A DNA stretch of 62,541 nt, counting the filler, from Choristocarpus tenellus KU-1152 (Eukaryota; Protista; Phaeophyceae), in the NCBI GenBank assembly GCA_964200185.2. It is 12 parts of 12 records of this genome, joined end to end, with 100 filler letters (N's around TTAATTAATTAA, not from the genome) between each part and the next. Parts side by side here need not be neighbours in the genome. Positions count along the whole stretch, not along the records: positions 51,025 to 56,425 come from CAXNAD020010908.1; positions 56,526 to 59,236 come from CAXNAD020025401.1; positions 59,337 to 62,541 come from CAXNAD020021558.1; 9 more parts are not named here. One strand, given 5' to 3'. The position numbers and the translations under genes are program-made. The stretch's first letter is position 1; each line of letters opens with the position of its first letter. Of this stretch, positions 53,634 to 62,541 are shown one piece after another. Below the pieces are notes generated by a model. It saw nothing but the letters and a program-made list of their open reading frames with translations. It made no database searches and was not told the DNA's origin.

Positions 53634-56079
53634 AGATGGGTATTACATTTTGTACTACATGCCAACATAGGATGTGTTGGATTTGGTGTAAAATAACATA
53701 GAAGTGGACAAGCAAGATATATATGCAGGCACATGCTCTGATGCATGTATATGGAAGTATTAATATAAAAAGGGGTGATGCGTACATTTTTTTTTGTTAT
53801 GTTTCGAGGCTAGGTTACAATACAGTTTTGCCAGCTGCTCTTCTCGTGCTATTTTGTTGTGGGGAAATCAAAAGTATCAATTGCAGTGTATGACCATAAA
53901 CCTTCCAGAGTGGCAACAAGCGTGAACTGCAAGCCTCAAGGCAGTATCTGTCCATGTAAAAACACCATGTGGCTATCGCATTCATGGTGCGTGCCTAATT
54001 ACCTGGAGAAGATCTGATCGATCTTGATGTGCGTGTGCCCCACCATCATAAAATGTATCTCGACCACACGAATGACACTCGCCGCGACCAACAGCCCCGC
54101 ACATCCGAGAAAGAAATTGTTCTTGTTCTCTGAGACGCAGTTGTCGACCTGGGTAGTTTGGGGAGTGGGAGCGAGGGAGGGATAGGCGTGAGGCCGATAC
54201 GTCAGCCCGCTTCACCACGTTTCGTGGAGAACCAGGGCGTGTTTCCAGTAGTGCTAGAGCGCAAGCTCTACATCACCGCCATCATACATGCAAGTTGCAA
54301 CCCACAAACCAACACTAAATACCACGCAGTTAGTTACTTGGTGGCCGCTATTCGGTGAGTAGATCGCATGTAGGTCGTCTCAAGATGAAACTTTCTTATC
54401 TGCCAATGCGCGTGCTGGATGATACAACCCCCCGCGTGATCGAGGCTGTTGTGGTACTTGTTGATAAACCTTGTTAGGGCAAGGTGGGTGACTATGCAGA
54501 CAAGGTTACAACCTGTGCGAACGATGATATCTGTCGTTAGTTGGCAAATACTACTCTGCTTACTTATGCATTGTTTACTTGGAGCTAAAAAGAGGGGTAA
54601 TGCAATGTGTTTTTGCGATGTATAGCACATACACCCGACTGGCTGATATAGATGTCTGTCGGTTTCCCTCCTCCTTGATTAGCTCTTACGCTCCTCTCAC
54701 CCTTCTGAAGCTGAGGCGTACGAGGGCAGGGGAGCACAGCGCATCATCAGTTAATCGACTGTTCACCAGGCCTACGGTATCTGTAGACAAATCGTGTAAA
54801 TATGTACTTCTCCTCGGGTATCTAACCTGCGGCGGGTCCCCTCATCATGACGGTCAATCAAGTGGTGCGTGCACAGCCAGCATCTATTCGGTCGTGTGAT
54901 TGTTGTGCCACAACCCACAATATGTACCTCCTCCAAGATTTTGAGGAGTAAAGAACACCTCCGCGAACTGGCCTTCGACGTGTGCGGCCATGATCTTCTG
55001 GCGCTCGGAGTAGCCCCTGATATTAAGGACATGAACCAAAGAAAGGTGTAAAGAAAGGTGTTACGGGGCGTCATCATCATGATGAACGGAATAGGTAGTG
55101 GAATTATGTGCGTCTGTTTTGGCGGTTATTTGTTGGGACTTTGCACTCACTCGTTCAATAAAACAGGGTGGTCTATTCTCTTCTGCTTGTGGCTGCAAAC
55201 TTGTTGACAAATGGACTATGCGTGCGTGTGGTTACCTGTCTCCTCCGTGGGTAGGTGGGTAAAGTGCTGGGAGGGCGTGGGATATCTGGGTCGCCGCGTC
55301 TACAGACATGAACACGAAGCCGAGAGGTTTACCGTCGGCTTTGGCCCGCATGGCGCTGCTGGTGTTGTTGGTGATGACCAGTTGATCCGCTTGGACAATC
55401 TGGCGAACGTGGGAGAGCAACATCACGTCTATAAATAAAATAAATCTGCTTAGAGGTGTAAAAAAATGGCCACTTGTTAACACGTACCAGGTACGTGACA
55501 AAAATCGAGTGTAGGTTACAATAAATATCTATCTTTGCTCCTATTTTTACTGCTGCATTCAAGGCAAAGGAAGTATTATCGGCACGGGAGCAAGTACGTA
55601 CGTACGGGGCCGGAATACCGCAACATGACATGACCCTCCCACAGCCCGTTGTAGACGACCAGGAAGCTGTCTATCACACAAGGTGTTTGGGCAACTAATA
55701 ACAACAGTTTGGCACTGAGTGAGGCTGCTGCTGCTGCCATAAGCACCTGCATCGGAGTCTTCATTCGCAAAAGGCAGCAGATGTGAACCCAATGGAGGGC
55801 AATGACGGCGACATGTTGCTACTGTACGATTGTTGCAAAATTAACGCTGGACACCTACCTTTCGATGGTCTGACAGCTCCTTGTCGATGGACTCGATTAC
55901 GGTGGATTCGTTCGCAGGTTTTACACCAGGCGCACTGTGCCGCTTCTCTTTTAACATGACACATATGTCACATTTCATAAATTCGCCTTCTACCCTCACC
56001 CTGATGTTGGACCTGTCCTCTCTGAGCAATCGGAGGAAGTGCGCCTTGCTTATCCGCTAGGAAGTGTCGTCAGGATACA

Positions 56080-56147
56080 CCCATGGGAAGTCAAGCCCCA
56101 AATGGACCAACAGGGAAAAACTCTTACCCTCCAAGATACTATCACTC
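56080..56147 (+). mobile_element. MITE family B right-end remnant flanked by TACA
   Basis: TACA at 56076-56079 and 56148-56151. Left part of the element deleted. Confidence 0.82.
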
Positions 56148-56187
56148 TACACCCTTATTGCCTCTTTGCAAAAATCCTTGTATACCT

Positions 56188-56425
56188 GAGCCAAAGTATC
56201 TTGGAGGGTAGAGCCGCGTCCATTTGGGGGCCAAAATCCAATGTTGGGATTTTGATGTAATTTTGGCTCTCATCTTTATTAGGAAGTATCAATATCCATG
56301 TTCTGGACACACACTTTCATAAAGTATACATTTTACCTACTCCTAAACATTTTGGAGTAGGAAGATGCCATAAAAAAAACATGGGAAGCCAAGCTCCAAA
56401 TGGACAAACAGGGCAAAACTCGTAC
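56188..56425 (+). mobile_element. MITE family B, nearly complete, truncated at contig end
   Basis: Left TIR plus full body. Confidence 0.92.
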
Positions 56426-56802
56426 NNNNNNNNNNNNNNNNNNNNNNNNNNNNNNNNNNNNNNNNNNNNTTAATTAATTAANNNNNNNNNNNNNNNNNNN
56501 NNNNNNNNNNNNNNNNNNNNNNNNNCCCCCCCGTCAAAACTTCTTACCCTCTGTTGTGTGTTGCGCTCCTTCCTGTTTCCACATGCCTCCCCACTTGTCT
56601 CCCTTTGATACTATTACTATGACAAGGGTCTTGCCGAGCATCCTCTTTTCCCCCTCCCCCGCCCCCCTCCTCTGTACACTTCACCCTGCTATGCTCCCGC
56701 TGGTACTAATTGGTGTTTTGTGTGTCAATCTGTGTCTGTGTGTGCTTCCGTTTGTAATACAACCCCTCTAAACATATTTCATCATTTTCAACACCTCAAC
56801 AG

Positions 56803-56952
56803 TATCGTCCAATAGTCCGTGGTACTTTGTTTGTGCGGGGATGACACACATTGTGGGCCCAGACTGGATGGACTTGTTTGACTTTGTTGGTGTGTCTGCC
56901 TCCAAGCCGCATTTTTACACTGGAACACGTCCCTTCAGACGGGTGAGTCCAG

Positions 56953-57028
<76 letters not shown>

Positions 57029-58845
57029 ACATGTCCTTTCTTATGTGGTATGATTTCCCCTGACTTGTGTTCTAACCTGCCAAAATGAACCAGCTTCTCC
57101 CATGTGTTTGTATCCTCCTGCCTTTCTGTTGGATGCTCTTGAGGAGGATAGTCCCTGATATCAACTGAATTTCAAAAACACAACGAAGAGTGGTTGCCTA
57201 CTACTGCATTTGCTTCTTCCTCCTTTTCACCTGGCCTGTTTGGATTTCCTCCAGTCCCTCCCCCCCCCCGCCGACCACGACAATTGCCATGGTATTGAAC
57301 GGTTCCTTACAATACAGCAGCAGTCCTAAGGCCACAGAACCCTCGGCAATGATCCTTCCGCAGGTTCACTTACGGAAACCTTGTTACGACTTCACCCCCC
57401 TCTAAATTTGAGGTTTATATAACTTCCCAAGGCGTGGCAGGCGCGAAACCCCCCTCGCCACGGTCCGGAATCTTCACCGAAACATTCAAAACTGAACACA
57501 GGTTGCAGCTATCCTATATATTGAGGGAAATTTCGGAGGGAACCAGCTACCAGATGGTTCGATTAGTCTTTTGCCCCTATACCCGAATTTGATGATCGAA
57601 AGAGGATCGAAACCTTGAACTCTGTGAAATGTCCACCCCTTCCTGTCCCCACCAACCAGCTCTTGCCCAGTGCCTCGAAGCATGCTTCAATATCACCTGT
57701 TGATCCAGTAGTATTTGTTTCTTGTTGGTGTGGAGCTCATCTCGTGGTACCCATTTGCCAATGTGTTCATGGTACCAGTCTTTATTTCTGGATCAGGTGT
57801 GGGGGCTGGAATGTCTCCCTTGTACTGTGGATCTGAAAACTCTTGCTCACTGCGATAATGGTATTTGTCCCTCTGTGCCTCTTCTGTTCCGGTCTGTGAA
57901 GGTGTCAAAAAACACGGGGCGTATCAAGTGGTCTGAGGTGAAGTTGCTTGAGAAGGGAATGGTCTACACACACGGCTCCATTGAAGAGCTGAAACGCCTG
58001 AAAGGTGTTGGACTACAATGTTGCATTCTTGAATGGAACCAAATGGCACAGGCTGTAACACAAATGGATGTAGAGCTTGCCTGTTTGTTCTGCGAAATGC
58101 TTTATAGAGCCTCAGTTGCTATTGATTTGGAACTACCCTACTATCTGTATGATGCAGAGTAGTATTTCAGAGTTACTGATCTATGAACGTGCTAGAGGTT
58201 ACTGTAGTAAGATCTGCATGTACTGTTTTTTTTACTGGCTATCTTGAGGTTTTCAGTAGCCAGTCAGCTGTTGTTGTTATGTTAACAGTTACTCTAATAT
58301 TCTGGTAGTGTGCAAGAGTAAATATTTTTTCCTCTTGATTACTCAAAGTGCTTTGAAGTAGCACAGACAGTAATATTCTGTAAAGCACATACTTCACAGT
58401 GACACTGCACTCTTCAGCTTTTTTTTTTACTGGTCTAAGTCGAGTGCATTGAAATTGGTTGATTGTTCGTGAGTGCGACTTTGGGCTTATAGGGTGGGAC
58501 AGAGTGTTGTAGGAATTTTGCCACCTAATTGCTCAGCTTGTTGCACTGCAGTATTGATGTTGCAGTTGTAGAAGTTGCTTGCTGTCATTCTGTTGGTGCA
58601 TTAGAAGAGCAAATTTGTCACTAATCATGACTCTAAAGGTTGAGGTTGATTGACCTCCTTCCCTTTGCCCACCCCTTTTTCTGATTAAATTTCGTTTCTG
58701 GTTAACAGGATGGGACGGCCCTAAAGTGCTGTACTTCGGAGATTCCTTGTGGGCGGATTTGGTTGAGGCCCGCAAGCTGCATGGGTGGACTACGGGTGCA
58801 ATCATTTACGATGTGGAGCTGGAGCTTGAGAAGGAGATGTCCCCA
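56803..58845 (+). CDS. HAD-superfamily 5'-nucleotidase, cN-II/NT5DC family, three internal exons (56803-56942, 57902-58004, 58709-58845)
   Basis: SNSPWYFVCAGMTHIVGPDWMDLFDFVGVSASKPHFYTGTRPFRR / VSKNTGRIKWSEVKLLEKGMVYTHGSIEELKRLK / GWDGPKVLYFGDSLWADL..HGWTTGAII. Phases are compatible and motifs match NT5DC proteins. Confidence 0.92.
56954..57030. repeat. (CA)n microsatellite
   Basis: Read directly, immediately after the exon donor. Confidence 0.95.
57348..57489 (-). rRNA. 18S rRNA 3'-end fragment (pseudogenic insert)
   Basis: Reverse complement reads ...GGTGAAGTCGTAACAAGGTTTCCGTAAGTGAACCTGCGGAAGGATCATT, the universal SSU 3' end with point changes. Only about 140 bp. Confidence 0.93.
57506..57599 (-). 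rRNA. 28S rRNA internal fragment (LR5 primer region, pseudogenic insert)
   Basis: GCTATCCT[insert of about 7 nt]GAGGGAAATTTCGGAGGGAACCAGCTACCAGATGGTTCGATTAGTCTTTTGCCCCTATACCC matches the conserved LSU antisense sequence. Confidence 0.92.
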
Positions 58846-60548
58846 GTAAGTGTTTGCATCATTGTAAGACTCTGTCAGCAGGCAAGGATTGTCCTATGAA
58901 GGTGTATGTAACAAACTATTCTTGTCTTCTACTTCTCTTGAGTATCGAATGAATTGGGTCGGATTCCTTCATTCCATAAATGATGCTTTGAAGTAGATCG
59001 CCGCTGTCCTTTCCACCTTTGAACTCCACGAAGCATTCCTTATCTCTTTCCTTTCTGTTGTCAGTGTTGTCGAATAATGCTTTCCTCCAGAACTGTATGT
59101 TCCCTCCTGATTGGATCTTACGTCCATGCACTACCCCCTGCCCCCCCTCCCCCTCTCTCCTTGGTCACCATTGAGTAGGAGTACCGATGCCTTTCTTACC
59201 ACCTCAAGATTCTTTAAGTGCTTTTGCGCTTGGTGCNNNNNNNNNNNNNNNNNNNNNNNNNNNNNNNNNNNNNNNNNNNNTTAATTAATTAANNNNNNNN
59301 NNNNNNNNNNNNNNNNNNNNNNNNNNNNNNNNNNNNGGTTCCCCACGCGCGTATACTGCTCGCGCCAGTCAAAGCGCGGGAAGAAATACTCGCGCTACTC
59401 GCCTGTAACACTAAACCCCTTACTGTCGCTGGCCGTGCTACAGTTCCTGCACCAGATTCTACCCTCTGCACTAGTTGTCCCCCCACTGACCTGCCCTCGT
59501 CCCTATCCCATTGTGTGGGCTTCCTGAAATGTCTGCCCTCCTCCCTGCACCTCTTCTTGCTGGTAGTTGTGACTCTTGCACTACCCGCTACCCCTACGCT
59601 CATGTCAAGACTCACTTCAGTGCTGTCGTGTAACCCTGTACCATGTAATTCAAGAATTGAAGTGCTCCGACACACATCACTATCATCTACTTCCTGGGGT
59701 GCACATCCACGTTGCCATGGTGTGTAGCATTAACATCACCAGGTCCTAACGGAAAATAATAGTAAATTAAGGGAGAGAATAGTTCAGAGCCTCATCCTAG
59801 ACCATCCCATCCATCACAAATACCATCACCACCATTATACTCATCACAGGAGAGCACACAGGAGAACTACTGTATACGAACTTTCATGTATATGTTGAAG
59901 GGAACTCAAGATTAATAATCAGTGCAAACGGAAGAGATCGACGAGAACAACTAGCTGTTCACATATCAGTATTGACCTTTGTGTACAACTTTGTTGGACC
60001 CTCCCCACACCACCTGTCAAACCTATTATTATTTCTTACAAAGTTCTTAAGACAACTTCATTCCACAACAGGAGGTATGATAATTGGTATAGAAATAAAA
60101 ATGAGGGAAAATTGTAGTACAATAATATATAATAATGACATATGTATAGTTTTCATTGGTTTCCCCCCTGGCACATCTGCAAAATGTCAGAGGGAATAAT
60201 AATAAATATATAATATATAATATATATTATGATACCCTATTACATTTTCAAGATATTTCCCTCAAAAAAGTAACATTTTTGTCAGTGTGAAAGGTATCTC
60301 TCCAAAATCTGTTTACTGTTTGACTACTCTACCAATTATAGTACACCACAATAACAGATACGATGAACTAAAACAAAAAGGAAAAAATATCCAATAACAA
60401 AAATAATAATGACAACCAAAATAATAGGGGTGGTTGGGTGGCCAAGACGTTGGGTCACAACGAAAGAGGTTATCAGGGACGTCAACGATACTACCCCGAA
60501 GGTTAAGTTATATTTGACGACCGAAGAAGTAAACCAAGCAGAAGAGCA

Positions 60549-62541
60549 ATGTCGGATGCTCTTCCCGATGATCCTGTCGCTCGGGCTAAGGCTATCGCTC
60601 TGAAACTTACTGCTACTGCGACATCTGTTCCGACCACTGAGCAATTTGCCGCTCCAGCGACTGGCCAGGGATATGCCCCCACACCTGCTGCTCCTGGAAC
60701 AGAATCTGGTGAGATGAATCGAATGTACTGATATTCCTCTCGTATTTTTTACTTTTATATAATTTGACCCTTTTTTACCGGACCGTAAGAGCTGACCAAC
60801 CTACCTCCAACACCTCACAGAGCTCGGGAAGCGTAAAAAGAGGTGGGGGGAAGATACCTCTCAGCCACCTGCCCAGACTTCCATGCCACCTGGATTCGGC
60901 TTGCCAGCGGCACTGATGGCGCAGGCTCAACAGACACCGTCAGTATCTCAGAAAAAGCTCATGGTACCAGTTGCCGAGCACCCAGATTTCAACTTTATGG
61001 GTGTCCTAATTGGCCCCCGTGGAAGCTCGCTGAAGGCGATGGAACAGCGTACCGGAGCCAAGATCATGATCCGTGGGCGTGGTAGTCAAAAGGAACAAAA
61101 CCTCAATGATCCGGAGGCAAATGAAGATCTTCATGTGGTGATTGAGGGTTCCGACCAAGCAGTGGCGTCTGCGTCTTCCGAGATTGAGCTCATTTTTAAG
61201 GACCCCCAGCAGGCACTAGTCGTCAAGAGTGAGCAGCTTAAAAACTTGGGAGCGACCACTGGCGTCACCAATGGTGGAAGCTACGGGCATCCAGGATCCG
61301 GGATCGGCTATACTTCGTCAGGTGGTGCAGATGGAGGTAGTTCGAATACTGAGGAATATCAAGTAGAGATGGGGGTACCAAACAAGATGGTGGGGCTGAT
61401 TATTGGTCGAGGGGGGCAAAATATTCAGGCGATGCAACGCGACTACCAGATCACTATCCAGATCACGAGTCAGAATGATCTTCCTCCTGGTGCTGAAATG
61501 CGACCAGTCAAGCTGAAGGGGAATCGCGAGGCGGTCGAGACATGTCGAGGTCAGATCAGTCAAATTGTGATGAACCGTGAGCGCGAGTTGGCTGGTGGCC
61601 ATGAGGGTGGTACCAGTGGCTCGCACTACGGGCCAAGCGGGAATGGGTCGCCTGATATTCAGGCGACAAACCACCTCACAATCCCTGACGACAAGGTGGG
61701 ACTTGTGATAGGGAAGGGTGGTGGAACAATCAAGGGTGTGCAAGGTCGGACAGGCGCAAATATCCAGATCCCACCTGAGGCAGATGCGAATGATCGTACC
61801 AAACGCACAATTGCAATTTCTGCCAGCACGAAGGATGCCGCCGACCGTGCAATGGCAGAGGTGCAAAACATCCTCAGTGCTGATGCTGCTGCCATGGGAC
61901 AGGTCTCAGGCATCCCTCCAGGATCCCAAGTACTTCATGTTGTTATCCCTGATGACAAGGTAAGTGTGTACAAAGTTTGAGATGGCATATTGAATTGAGG
62001 GTGCTGTTTGGAGCATGAGGATATTTGTGTCAAGGTTTTGTCTACAGTCGTTGGTGCTAAGAAATGTTCGGTTGAGTTTTACTATTTTTTTCCCTCATGC
62101 ACAATGTTCATTTTTACTGAATATGCGGCATTTGCGATTACCTGAAATAAATATATTTCAAACCACTAATAATTTTGCTCTCTCGAATCACTGTATGTTG
62201 GCCTGCTACTGTTGGCATTGCCGTGTTACTGTAATCTCTCCCACTGTTTTGAGCAGGTTGGGCTTGTTATTGGGAAGGGTGGCTCAACCATCAAAGAGAT
62301 GCAAAACCGCACTGGTTGCCGTATCCAGATTCCTCCCCAAGTAGACCCTGGATCAAATCCTGCAACACGTAGGGTCACCCTTACTGGTGTGGGAGAAGCA
62401 CCTCATAATGCCAAGCGTGACATTGAGATGATGGTATCAGGTCAGGGTAATGGTGGTGGTGGATTTGGAGGCCCACCTCAGCATCAGCAGTATGGGAACC
62501 CCCCACAAGGTGGACGTTATGGTCCCCCCCCTGGACAGTAC
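60549..62541 (+). CDS. Multi-KH RNA-binding protein with SF1/BBP-type KH followed by three FUBP/KHSRP-type KH domains (exons 60549-60708, 60821-61959, 62257 to beyond 62541)
   Basis: GT-AG introns in compatible phases (1, 0), branch-like GCTGAC near 60791. KH loops: NFMGVLIGPRG, VGLIIGRGG, VGLVIGKGG, VGLVIGKGG. G/P/Q/Y-rich tail runs off the window. Confidence 0.92.

Larger units (their letters stand above)
51025..56187 (-). pseudogene. Sola1-like (DUF7869-type) DDD transposase pseudogene, at least 7 exons
   Basis: Spliced reconstruction: VYKDFCKEAIRVY..FLRLLRE..FMKCDICVMLK..LSDHRK / FMSVDAATQ..GGDR / GYSERQKIMAAHVEG..NLGGG / CNLVCIVTHLAL..CIIQ / VDNCVSENKNNFFLG..IHFMMVGHTHIKIDQIFSR (54148-54003) / FSRGIKGKNIFTRTQLGEELQASY (from 53003), then C-terminal LLVGKI..VDLHW. 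QxDNCxxENKN and GHTHxxIDQxFS are diagnostic motifs. One donor is mutated, and stops or frameshifts are present. Confidence 0.85.

Noticed and set aside
56080-56147. True terminus of the autonomous Sola1-like element, making MITE B its deletion derivative
   Set aside because: It is flanked by a TACA duplication and the transposase frame continues on the other side, so it is a partly deleted insertion.
44509-56425. Fanzor/TnpB cargo beside the Sola-like transposases
   Set aside because: I found no RuvC motifs (D-x-G, E-x-L, CxxC..D-x-NA) in the ORF track or in the frames I read by hand. A profile search would be needed to exclude a spliced or decayed copy.
61318-61913. Antisense ORFs over the KH gene
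   Set aside because: Shadow frames of a well-supported plus-strand exon.

Overview
Eukaryotic, repeat-rich and intron-rich DNA, most likely from a brown alga (Phaeophyceae). This is an inference from EsV-1-7 Cys/His repeats, a stramenopile-type 18S 3' end and short exons in long GT-AG introns. The window is not one locus: it is 12 short contigs joined by artificial 100-bp spacers (N44-TTAATTAATTAA-N44), so neighbours across a spacer are not evidence of linkage. Host gene fragments rebuilt by hand from splice sites are an EsV-1-7 repeat protein (one repeat per exon), endonuclease V, an acidic C-terminus of unknown function, a DUF639/PRT_C-like membrane protein, NAD(P)HX epimerase, a FAAH-type amidase, an NT5DC/cN-II nucleotidase and a KH protein combining SF1/BBP and FUBP/KHSRP parts. 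There is one tRNA-Lys(CTT) and a chimeric 18S+28S rDNA scrap inside an intron. The dominant structure is a Sola-type DNA transposon system. It comprises two decayed multi-intron transposase genes (one Sola2-like, one Sola1/DUF7869-like) and about 23 copies of three short inverted-repeat elements sharing a terminal AAAGTATC core, with 4-bp TSDs in family B. The ends of these MITEs also spell a GT donor and an AG acceptor whose use would leave an in-frame 24-nt scar, which is a speculative introner-like hypothesis. Ty1/copia relics and several minisatellites, one made of hairpin units, fill the rest. No CRISPR array or Fanzor/TnpB gene was seen. All family assignments are by-eye motif recognition, not database results.
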